Shown piece by piece: positions 1 through 10,061 of a stretch of 64,000 bases of DNA (its first letter is position 1; each line of letters opens with the position of its first letter). Position numbers and translations under genes: made by a program. The stretch lies in contig JAHJML010000174.1 of the NCBI GenBank assembly GCA_018821365.1, forward strand, positions 10,067-74,066, written 5' to 3'. Source of the DNA: Actinomycetota bacterium. Its GTDB lineage: Bacteria > Actinomycetota > Acidimicrobiia > Spongiisociales > UBA11373. Under the pieces are notes generated by a model, which searched no databases, was not told where the DNA came from, and saw nothing but the letters and a program-made list of their open reading frames with translations.

Positions 1-446
1 GGCGGGCCGGCCGTCTGCTGCTGGCCACCGTCCTCCAGATGACCCTGCCCGGTGCCCCCGGCCTGTACTACGGCGACGAGGTCGGGATGACCGGGGGCGA
101 GGAGCCCGCCTCGCGAGGCGCCTTCCCGTGGCACGACGAACCGTCGTGGAATCGAGACCAACTGGTTGCCGTCGGCGACCTCGGCGCTCTGCGCCGGGCG
201 CACCCGGCGCTTCGCTCCGGGGGGTTGCGCTTTCTGTGGCACGACCGGGATGCCATCGCATTCACTCGGGACTCGGGTGACGAACGGCTCCTGGTGGTGG
301 TCGACCGCCTCGGCGGCGGGCGGACCCTGACGGTGCCGATCTCGTCGGCGGCGCCCGCCGTGGTGTTCGGGCAGGCCGTCTGCCGGGGAGGCGACGGGAT
401 CGTCCTCGACATCGAACCCCCGGGCGCCGCCGTCGTCGCGCTGTGA
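1..446 (+). CDS. alpha-amylase family glycoside hydrolase (GH13), C-terminal part; 5-prime end lies upstream of window
   Basis: Frame open to window edge reads ...LLATVLQMTLPGAPGLYYGDEVGM..., the conserved GH13 signature, followed by a C-terminal beta-domain-like tail. Stop TGA at 444-446. Confidence 0.6.
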   Translation, partial: RAGRLLLATVLQMTLPGAPGLYYGDEVGMTGGEEPASRGAFPWHDEPSWNRDQLVAVGDLGALRRAHPALRSGGLRFLWHDRDAIAFTRDSGDERLLVVVDRLGGGRTLTVPISSAAPAVVFGQAVCRGGDGIVLDIEPPGAAVVAL

Positions 447-477
447 GTTCGATCCGCGCCGGGTACCCTGCCTCGTC

Positions 478-1173
478 GTGAAGAGAATCGTCTTGCTCCT
501 GGCCGTGCTGCTGGTGGCGGCCGCCTGTGGTGACGGCGCCCCCCCGGCGCCGGATGGGCCCTTCGACCTCGACGCCCTGATCGATGAGGCGGCGGTTGCG
601 ATGGGGGGACTGCAGTCGGCCCGGTTCACCATGGAGCGCAGCGGAGCCCCCGTCGAGGTAGCCGGCCTCGAGTTCGACTCGGCCGAAGGCCAGTATGCGG
701 CACCCGCCAGCGCCAGGGCGATCCTCCGGGTTCAGGCGGCGGGTCTCGCCGTCGAGGTGGGCACCATCGCCATCGAAGATCGGGTGTGGCTCACCAACCC
801 GCTGACCGGCGGATGGGAGGAGATCCCCGCCGGGTCCGGATTCAACATCGCGCTGATCTTCGACCCCCGGGTGGGGTGGGTCCCCCTGCTCACCGAGGAC
901 CTCAGCAACGTCGTCTACCAGGGGGTCGGCGACGCCGGTGATGGTGATCGCCACGTCATCCACGGCTCGATCGCGGCCTCTCGGGTCGAGTTCCTGACCG
1001 CCGGCCTGGTGGAGGCCCAATCTGTGGATGCCGACATCTGGATCCACCCCGCGACCGGGCACATCACCAGGGTCGAGTTCGAGACCACTCTGGAGGGGGC
1101 GGTCAGCCGGTGGGTGATCGAACTGTCGGAATTCGACCGGCCGGTGGCGATCGAGGCCCCGGACGGGGACTGA
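478..1173 (+). CDS. lprG: LppX/LprAFG-family lipoprotein (LprG-like)
   Basis: GTG start. Signal peptide with lipobox LVAAAC; about 230 aa, which is typical of the mycobacterial LprG/LppX fold family. Stop overlaps the start of the downstream MFS gene (TGATG), as in the lprG-p55 operon. Confidence 0.6.
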   Translation: MKRIVLLLAVLLVAAACGDGAPPAPDGPFDLDALIDEAAVAMGGLQSARFTMERSGAPVEVAGLEFDSAEGQYAAPASARAILRVQAAGLAVEVGTIAIEDRVWLTNPLTGGWEEIPAGSGFNIALIFDPRVGWVPLLTEDLSNVVYQGVGDAGDGDRHVIHGSIAASRVEFLTAGLVEAQSVDADIWIHPATGHITRVEFETTLEGAVSRWVIELSEFDRPVAIEAPDGD

Positions 1174-2687
1174 TGTCGAGACGATCCCCCTCGCCGGCCG
1201 CCGTCCTGGCGGTCGTCTCCTTCGGGGTCTTCATCGCTGCCGACGATCTGACGGTTGCGGCCACGATGCTGCGGCAGATCATCGGCGACCTCGGCATCCC
1301 CCTCCCCGAGGGCCTCGGTGATGCGGCTTGGATCGTCAACGCCTATCTGGTGGCCTACGTCGCGGTGATGCCGTTCATGGGCAGGCTCAGCGACGTGGTC
1401 GGCCGGCGGCGGGTCTTCACCGGTGCGTTGGCGGTGTTTCTGATCGGATCGATCTGGGTGGCGCAGACCGACACGCTCGGGTGGTTCATCGGCGGCCGGG
1501 TCCTGACGGCCATCGGCGGCGGGGCGATGGTGCCGGTGGCGCTGGCCGTGATCAGCGACGTCTACGAAGAGCGGAGGCGACCCGCTGCGCTGGGCGTCCT
1601 GGGTGCCGTCGACACCATCGGCTGGGTGTGGGGCCCGCTGTTCGGGGCCATGCTGGTGCGCTTCTTGGATTGGCGATGGCAGTTCCACTTGAACGTCCCC
1701 CTGGCTCTGATCGGGATGGCGGCGGCCTGGTGGGTCCTGCGGGAGCACGATCGGCCCTCCGAGAGGAGACGGATGGACTGGCCGGCGGCCGCCGCCCTGT
1801 CGGCCGCCCTGGTGGGGTTGAACGTGGCCCTCCTCAACACCGGCCAGATCTCCGGGGTCGGCGATCTCGCCGAGTTGGCCGACCTCACCGGTACCCGGTC
1901 GTTCCCGATGGTCCCCGTGATCGTGGCGTCGGCCGCCGCGCTGGGCCTGTTCCTGTGGCTCGAATTGCGCAGCAGGGACCCCCTCATCGACCTCCGTCTC
2001 TTCGCCCTCCCCAACGTGTCGGCGGCGCTGGCGATCAACTTTCTGGCGGGGGCGGTGCTGGTGGTGGCGATGGTGGACGTCCCGCTGTTCGTCAACCTGG
2101 TGGTCGAGACCGATCTCAAGGCGGCGGCGGTGACCAGCGGATGGGTCCTCAGCGCGCTGACGGCGGCGATGGCGGTCGCCGCCTATCTGGGAGGCCTGCT
2201 CACGGAATGGTCGTGGTACCGGCCGGTGATCATGACCGGCCTGGTGATGAGCGGCACCGGATTCGCCCTGATGGGCTGGCTGTGGAGCCCCGCCACCGGG
2301 CCGTGGGTGATGGCTGGGCATCTCGCCCTGCTGGGGGCCGGCTTCGGCCTGCTGACCGCACCGACGAACGCCGCGGTCGTCGACGCGGTCCCTGCGGAGC
2401 GGCGGGGGGTCGGCGGGGGCCTGGTGATCCTGGCCAGGCTGCTGGGACTGGCCGTCGGGCTGTCCGGCCTGACCGCATGGTTCCTGCACCGGTTCGAGGT
2501 CCTGCGCAGCACGCTCGACCTCCCACCGGCCTCGGACCCCGGTTACCGGGATGCTCTCGATGCGGCCAGGGCCTCGGTGACCGCCTCGGCCCTCGGGGAG
2601 ACCTTCGTGTTTGCCGCCGCCCTGGTGGTGGTGGCCGGGTTGGTGAGCCTGGGACTGCGGCGCCGGCCCTCCCGGATCACTTCCTGA
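1173..2687 (+). CDS. MFS drug:H+ antiporter (DHA2-like, 14-TMS; P55/Rv1410c-like)
   Basis: Protein MSRRSPSPAAVLAVVSFGVFIAADDLTVAATMLRQIIGDLG... has many TM segments and MFS motifs (GRLSDVVGRRRV). ATG 1173 overlaps the lprG stop. Confidence 0.8.
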   Translation: MSRRSPSPAAVLAVVSFGVFIAADDLTVAATMLRQIIGDLGIPLPEGLGDAAWIVNAYLVAYVAVMPFMGRLSDVVGRRRVFTGALAVFLIGSIWVAQTDTLGWFIGGRVLTAIGGGAMVPVALAVISDVYEERRRPAALGVLGAVDTIGWVWGPLFGAMLVRFLDWRWQFHLNVPLALIGMAAAWWVLREHDRPSERRRMDWPAAAALSAALVGLNVALLNTGQISGVGDLAELADLTGTRSFPMVPVIVASAAALGLFLWLELRSRDPLIDLRLFALPNVSAALAINFLAGAVLVVAMVDVPLFVNLVVETDLKAAAVTSGWVLSALTAAMAVAAYLGGLLTEWSWYRPVIMTGLVMSGTGFALMGWLWSPATGPWVMAGHLALLGAGFGLLTAPTNAAVVDAVPAERRGVGGGLVILARLLGLAVGLSGLTAWFLHRFEVLRSTLDLPPASDPGYRDALDAARASVTASALGETFVFAAALVVVAGLVSLGLRRRPSRITS

Positions 2688-3201
2688 CGGAGGTCGAGGA
2701 GCGGTAGCCGGACGGGGGTAGCCGGACCTGCTCGAAGGTCACGAACGCCCCCGGGTTCACGCTGTAGACGATCTGGAGAACCTTCTTCAGTTGGCGCCTC
2801 GGCACCACGCAGAGAGCGAGGCGGACGTCGCCCTGGAGTCCCTCCCCGTTGAGGACCGTGACGGCGAAGCCTTGCTCCCTGAGCGCCGGCGCCGACTGGG
2901 GGGATTCCACCGGCGCCACGATGCGGACGATCTTGGTGCCCATCGCCAGCCATCCCTCGATGGTCACGCCGAGGTAGGTCCCGGCCCCGAATCCGGCGGC
3001 AAACCCCACCATCAACACCGGGTCGTCGAGGTTCTTGAGGACCTGGCTGACCGCGAAGACCCACGTCAAGGACTCGACGAAGCCGACCAACCCGGCCTTC
3101 CACCCGTTGCCCCTGGTCAATAGGACGATCCGGATCGTGCCGAGCGACACGTCGACGAGTCGCAGGCCGAAGATCATGAGAGCGGAGAGGAAGACATCCA
3201 T
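2677..3201 (-). CDS. DUF2179/UPF0316-family small membrane protein
   Basis: 174 aa with two N-terminal TM helices and a C-terminal domain resembling DUF2179. Convergent with the MFS gene and overlaps it by 11 nt. Confidence 0.5.
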   Translation of the reverse strand: MDVFLSALMIFGLRLVDVSLGTIRIVLLTRGNGWKAGLVGFVESLTWVFAVSQVLKNLDDPVLMVGFAAGFGAGTYLGVTIEGWLAMGTKIVRIVAPVESPQSAPALREQGFAVTVLNGEGLQGDVRLALCVVPRRQLKKVLQIVYSVNPGAFVTFEQVRLPPSGYRSSTSVRK

Positions 3202-3399
3202 GGGCGCCCGAGTGTAGAACCGCTCCGGGCCGCCACGGTCCCCCGGCCCGTCCTCGCCATGGCCGGACCGAGGTCCGCTCTGAGTGAATCCGCAGTCCGA
3301 TGCCCGCGCTAGCGTGCGGGGACGCGCCGGGGGGTCCCGGCGTCAGAGGAGGGATCGCATGCTCTCGGTGGTACCCGGTCGACCTGGAGAGGGTCGGTC

Positions 3400-5440
<2,041 letters not shown>

Positions 5441-5448
<8 letters not shown>

Positions 5449-5842
5449 GCGGGCGCGCAAGATCGCTGCTTGGGTGGTCACCCTCGGTCTGGTGGCAACC
5501 GTGGTCTGGGGCTTCCTGGCCGGCGAACCGACGGAGAGCGACCGGGTGTTCGCCCTCGGCGCCCGCATCAAGTGCCCGGTATGCCAGGGGGAGTCGATCC
5601 AGGAGTCGCCGTCGGAGACCGCCATGGCGATGCTCGACGTGGTGGCCGAGAAGGTCGAGGCCGGGCAGACCGACGAGCAGATCCTCGAGTACTTCACCGA
5701 TCGATACGGGGACGGAATCCGCCTCGATCCGCGCTTCGAGTTCCGAACGATGCTGCTGTGGCTGCTGCCGGCCGCCGCGCTGATCGGGGGCGGGTTGATG
5801 ATCTGGAGCCGGCGCCGCCGGCCGGGAGAGGAACCGTCATGA
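5441..5842 (+). CDS. ccmH: cytochrome c-type biogenesis protein CcmH
   Basis: GTG start overlaps the ccmF TGA (GTGTCTGA). N-terminal TM; the LRCxxC-type motif RIKCPVCQGESI; C-terminal TM. Confidence 0.8.
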
Positions 5843-6657
5843 CCGATAGCGACGACATCCGCCGCCGGGCCCTCGAGGAGCGGGCGCGGCTCGCCCAACA
5901 GGACATCGAAGACCTGCGGCGCCAGGTCGACGAAGGCGAACTGGAGGAGGCCGATGCTGCCGCGCTCGAGGAGCGCTACCGGTCGGACCTCGATGCCGCC
6001 CGCACGAGCCTGGCCGGCATGCCGAAGCCCCGCAAGAGCGCTCCTCCCGCCACGGCGCCCAGCGCCGCCGGCGGAGCCACCGCCGCCGGCAAACCGAACC
6101 GCATCCCTCTGATCGTCGTCATCTCCGCCGCCGCCATGGTGGTGTTGACCATCGCCATCGTGGTGATGGCCACCAGCGGCAACGACGCCGAGACCACGAC
6201 CGACTCCGCGACGCCTCAGGCCGCAACCGGATCGCTGGCGGAGATGGAGGCGGCGGTCGCTTCCCAGCCGGACAACAACACCATGCGGCTGGCCCTGGCG
6301 GGCCTGTACTTCGAATCCGGCGACTACATGAACGCCATGAACCACTACTCGAGCGTGACCGCCAACGACCCGACGCCCCAGGACGCTGCGGTCGCCAACG
6401 CCAGGATCGGTTGGATGGCCTGGGCGGCGCTCGATGACCCGGAGACCGCGCTGTCGTTCCTTGATGCGGCGATCGCGCTCGACCCCACCTACGGCGAGGC
6501 GATCCTGTGGAAGGCCGTCGTGCTCCTCTACGGGATGGACGATGGAGCTGCGGCCGCCCCTCTCTTGGAGCAGGTGCTGGCCTTCCCGGACCTGCCCGAG
6601 GAGCTCAGGCCGGACATCCAGTCCATGCTCGACGAGGCCCGAGGAGGCGGCCAATGA
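5839..6657 (+). CDS. CcmI/CycH-like TPR protein (putative apocytochrome chaperone)
   Basis: ATG overlaps the ccmH stop (ATGA). Acidic coiled-coil N-terminus, one TM (IPLIVVISAAAMVVLTIAIVVMA), then TPR-like helical repeats (LALAGLYFESGDYMNAMNHY...). Placed between ccmH and ccmG. Confidence 0.45.
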   Translation: MTDSDDIRRRALEERARLAQQDIEDLRRQVDEGELEEADAAALEERYRSDLDAARTSLAGMPKPRKSAPPATAPSAAGGATAAGKPNRIPLIVVISAAAMVVLTIAIVVMATSGNDAETTTDSATPQAATGSLAEMEAAVASQPDNNTMRLALAGLYFESGDYMNAMNHYSSVTANDPTPQDAAVANARIGWMAWAALDDPETALSFLDAAIALDPTYGEAILWKAVVLLYGMDDGAAAAPLLEQVLAFPDLPEELRPDIQSMLDEARGGGQ

Positions 6658-7235
6658 CCGATGCTCAGCTCAAGGGCCGCCGGCCGATCTTCTGGATCTC
6701 GGTCGGCGCCGGCCTGGTCGCGTTGATCCTTCTGGCGGTTGCCCTCGCCGATGGGTTCGGGCGGGATCCCCGGGAGCCCGAGAACATCGCCAACCAGGGC
6801 GCCAAGATCGACATGACCAGGGTGCTGCCGTTGCTCGATGGGACGGGCGATGTGGCCTTCTCCGAACTGGAGGGGAAGATCATCGTGATCAACTTCTGGG
6901 CCTCCTACTGCATCCCGTGCCGGGCCGAGCATGAGGTGCTGACCACCGCATCGGAGCAGTATCGGGATCAGAACGTCCAGTTCCTCGGCATCGTCTTCCA
7001 CGACGACCCGGACGCCGCCCGTGACTTCCTCGACACCCTCGGCTGGGGCGACGGGTATCTCTACGCGGAGGATCCCGGGGCGCGGGCCACCGTGGACTTC
7101 GGGGTGTGGGGGGTACCGGAGACCTACTTCGTCGATGCCACCGGCACCATCGTCGACAAGCATTACGGAGCGATCACCCGCGACGACCTCATCCCCGTGC
7201 TCGAATCCATCCTGGCAGGCGACTCGGCCGGCTGA
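6654..7235 (+). CDS. ccmG: thiol:disulfide oxidoreductase CcmG/DsbE (TlpA/ResA family thioredoxin)
   Basis: ATG overlaps the ccmI stop (ATGA). N-terminal TM anchor; thioredoxin fold with active site WASYCIPC. Confidence 0.75.
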   Translation: MTDAQLKGRRPIFWISVGAGLVALILLAVALADGFGRDPREPENIANQGAKIDMTRVLPLLDGTGDVAFSELEGKIIVINFWASYCIPCRAEHEVLTTASEQYRDQNVQFLGIVFHDDPDAARDFLDTLGWGDGYLYAEDPGARATVDFGVWGVPETYFVDATGTIVDKHYGAITRDDLIPVLESILAGDSAG

Positions 7236-7257
7236 GCGGCGGGGATCTTTCTCCCGC

Positions 7258-7276
7258 TAGGGGACTTTTGGCCCTA
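7258..7276. promoter_or_regulatory. imperfect palindrome TAGGGGAC-TTTT-GGCCCTA, 55 nt upstream of the nonahaem cytochrome start (candidate operator, site a)
   Basis: Read directly. Same motif recurs at 9989-10006 and 17426-17443 upstream of two other multihaem cytochrome genes. Confidence 0.4.
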
Positions 7277-7331
7277 CGCGAAGTGCTCCCCCAGCGGCCA
7301 GAATGACCCCGGACGCTGCTGGGGAGACTGT

Positions 7332-8456
7332 GTGAAGGCGCAAAGAACTCACGTTTGGAGAGGATGGCGTCTCGTCGTCCTCGGGTGTGGCGCCGCCGCC
7401 GCGGCGCTGGTGCTGGTCGTGACGACGGGTTCGGCTTCTGCACAGGAGGAACAGGCCCCCCAGTTCGACAGCGAGTACTGCCTCGGTTGCCACGCCAACC
7501 CGGGAATGCAGACGACGCTGCCCTCCGGCGAGGTGCTCGACCTGACCTTCGATGTCGCCGCCCACGAGGCATCCGTCCACGGCCCCTACGACATCCCGTG
7601 TGTCCTGTGCCACACCGACGTCACCGGCTTCCCCCACGAACCGCTCGACGTGGCGGACCTGCGGGTCTGGACCCTCGAGCGAAACCAATCGTGCGCCAAC
7701 TGCCACGAGGACGAGGCGGAGAGCGCCCGGGACAACGTGCACGCCGCCGCGCTCGCCACCGGGGTGCGCGAGGCGGCGGTCTGCACCGACTGCCACGACG
7801 CCCACAATGCCCGCAAGCCGGTGGCGCACACGCCGGAGGTGGCCGAGACCTGCGGTGAGTGCCACGGCGAGATCTACCAGTTGTACGAGGGATCGGTCCA
7901 CGGCGAGGCACTCGCCACCGGTAATCGCGACGTTCCCACCTGCACCGACTGCCACGGGGTGCATGACGTCGGGGGTCCCAGCCAGTCAGAGTTCCACCTG
8001 TTCTCGCCGCAGATCTGCGCCGGGTGCCACCAGGACAAGGAGTTGATGGACCGCTACGGCGTCCGGGCCGACACCTTCGACACCTACATCGCCGATTTCC
8101 ACGGTGAGACGGTGGTGCTGTTCGAGGCGCTGGCGCCGGGTCAGGAGACCAACAAGCCGGTCTGCATCGACTGCCACGGGGTCCACAACATCCAGAGCGC
8201 CGACAATCCCGACAGCCAGACGTTCAAAGACAACATCCTCGGCACCTGCCAGCGCTGTCATCCCGATGCGTCGATCAACTTCCCCTCGGCATGGCTGGGC
8301 CACTACACCCCCTCGGCCGACAACGCCCTGCTGGTGTGGCTGGCCGGTTGGTTCTACAAGATCGTCATCCCGGTGACCATCGGCGGGATGCTCGGCTATG
8401 TCGTGCTGCTGAGCTTCAGGAGCAGGCGCTCCCGCAAGGAGGCCGCCCGTGGCTGA
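7332..8456 (+). CDS. nonahaem c-type cytochrome, signal peptide plus C-terminal TM anchor
   Basis: Nine CxxCH: CLGCH, CVLCH, CANCH, CTDCH, CGECH, CTDCH, CAGCH, CIDCH, CQRCH. N-terminal signal peptide and C-terminal hydrophobic helix. GTG start with GGGGAGA RBS. Confidence 0.85.
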   Translation: MKAQRTHVWRGWRLVVLGCGAAAAALVLVVTTGSASAQEEQAPQFDSEYCLGCHANPGMQTTLPSGEVLDLTFDVAAHEASVHGPYDIPCVLCHTDVTGFPHEPLDVADLRVWTLERNQSCANCHEDEAESARDNVHAAALATGVREAAVCTDCHDAHNARKPVAHTPEVAETCGECHGEIYQLYEGSVHGEALATGNRDVPTCTDCHGVHDVGGPSQSEFHLFSPQICAGCHQDKELMDRYGVRADTFDTYIADFHGETVVLFEALAPGQETNKPVCIDCHGVHNIQSADNPDSQTFKDNILGTCQRCHPDASINFPSAWLGHYTPSADNALLVWLAGWFYKIVIPVTIGGMLGYVVLLSFRSRRSRKEAARG

Positions 8457-9888
8457 TCGCTACCGCAGGTTCAACCTCTCGGATCGCCTCGAGCACGTTG
8501 CCCAGTTGACCGCCTTCACCGCACTGGCGGTCACCGGCTTGGTGCAGCGCTACTCGGAGGCCTGGCTGTCGCGGCGCCTCATCGACCTGCTTGGTGGCAT
8601 CGAGGCCGTCCGGATCATCCACCGAATCTTCGCCACGATCCTGATGGTGGCCGTCGTCTACCACCTGGGTGCGATCGGCTACCGCAAGTTCGTGCAGCGC
8701 CGCCCCAGGGAGATGCTCCCCACCAGCGCCGACATCCGGGCGGCCGCTCATTCGATGCGGTACCTGGCCGGCCGCGAGGCCGCCCCGCCTCTTCAGGGCC
8801 GTTTCACCTGGGAGGAGAAGGTCGAGTACTTCGCCCTCGTCTGGGGGACGTTCGTGATGATCGTGAGCGGTTTCCTGCTGTGGAACCCGATCGCCACCTC
8901 CAGGCTCCTCCCCGGGCAGTTCGTCCCGGCCGCCAAGGTGTTCCACAGCGGAGAAGCCCTGCTGGCCGTGCTGGCGGTGATCGTGTGGCACATGTACCAC
9001 GTCCACATCAGGCGCTTCAACACCTCGATGTTCACCGGATACATGAGCCGCCGGGACATGGCCCACGAGCACGCCCTGGAACTCGAGGCGATCGAAGCGG
9101 GCACCGCCTTCACGCCCCCGACCGACGATGCGTCTCGCCGCCGGGCCAAGATCTATCTGCCCGCCATCACCGGCGTGGCCGCCATCTTGCTGGGCGGCAT
9201 CTACCTGTTCGTCACCTTCGAGAACACCGCCATCGCCACCATCGATCCCCCCGAGCAGGTGGCCATCTATGCGCCGGTCGAGACCACCGGGACCACCGGG
9301 GCCACCGTGGTGACCACCACGACCCTCCCGGGTGCGACGACATCGACCACGACTCCGCTGGGAGCGTGGGAGGACACCATCGAGGCGATCTTCCGCACCC
9401 AGCGCTGCACGGATTGCCACGGCAACACCATGGCGCTGGGCGGCGTCGACCTCGCCACCTACGCTGGGGTGCTGGCCGTGGTCACTCCCGGTGATCCCGA
9501 CCGGAGCCCCCTGATCGTGCTGCAGGAGAAGGGGGCCCACCCGACGGTCCTCGACGACGGGCAACTGGCGCAGGTGCGGGCTTGGATCGCCGCCGGCGCC
9601 CTCGAGGCGCTGGGTGGCACTCCCCCGACGGGGGTGCCCGGCGGTGCGCCCGGTTGGGAAGACCCGATCTCCGGCTTGCTCGCTTCGTGCGGCTCGTGCC
9701 ACGGCGCTGCCAATCCGGCGGCGGGGCTCGACCTGACCAGCTACGAGGCTGCTCTCGCGGTGATCACTCCCGGGGACCCGGACGCCTCACGGCTCTACGT
9801 GGTCCAGGCCGCCGGGGGCCACCCGGGGCAGCTCAGCGAGGCCGACCTGGCCGTCCTCAGGGAGTGGATCGCGGCAGGCGCCCCGTAG
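8449..9888 (+). CDS. dihaem b-type membrane cytochrome (HydC/FdnI / Ni-Fe hydrogenase cytochrome-b family) fused to two c-haem domains of PSCyt1 type
   Basis: GTG start overlaps the upstream stop (GTGGCTGA). Four or five TM helices with His pairs (RIIHRIF, HMYHVH). A Thr-rich linker follows, then CTDCHGNTMALGGVDLATY... and CGSCHGAANPAAGLDLTSY..., i.e. CxxCHG-(x)n-GLDL[TS]SY modules. Confidence 0.8.
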   Translation: MADRYRRFNLSDRLEHVAQLTAFTALAVTGLVQRYSEAWLSRRLIDLLGGIEAVRIIHRIFATILMVAVVYHLGAIGYRKFVQRRPREMLPTSADIRAAAHSMRYLAGREAAPPLQGRFTWEEKVEYFALVWGTFVMIVSGFLLWNPIATSRLLPGQFVPAAKVFHSGEALLAVLAVIVWHMYHVHIRRFNTSMFTGYMSRRDMAHEHALELEAIEAGTAFTPPTDDASRRRAKIYLPAITGVAAILLGGIYLFVTFENTAIATIDPPEQVAIYAPVETTGTTGATVVTTTTLPGATTSTTTPLGAWEDTIEAIFRTQRCTDCHGNTMALGGVDLATYAGVLAVVTPGDPDRSPLIVLQEKGAHPTVLDDGQLAQVRAWIAAGALEALGGTPPTGVPGGAPGWEDPISGLLASCGSCHGAANPAAGLDLTSYEAALAVITPGDPDASRLYVVQAAGGHPGQLSEADLAVLREWIAAGAP

Positions 9889-9988
9889 CAGCCGGCCGGA
9901 TCCTTCGCGGCCGGTTGGAGTGGGCATCCCGGGTGCCGCGGTGGCTTCGATCGCGGCGGTCGCGCTCCCCGTGAGGCGTCCCTGACAA

Positions 9989-10006
9989 TAGGGCCAGAGG
10001 TCCCTA
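9989..10006. promoter_or_regulatory. imperfect palindrome TAGGGCC-AGAG-GTCCCTA, 55 nt upstream of the ImcH-like gene (site c; an extra GTCCCT half-site lies immediately upstream)
   Basis: Read directly. It is the reverse complement of the arrangement at sites a and b. Confidence 0.4.
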
Positions 10007-10061
10007 TGAGCGAGCACCTCCCATCTCCTAGCGTGGGTCCAGCACAGAGGGGAGACGTGAA

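Noticed and set aside
915-2707. 524-aa minus-strand ORF and 459-aa plus-strand alternative-frame ORF over the MFS gene
   Set aside because: Both are Arg/Gly/Pro-rich junk frames overlapping a well-supported MFS transporter.
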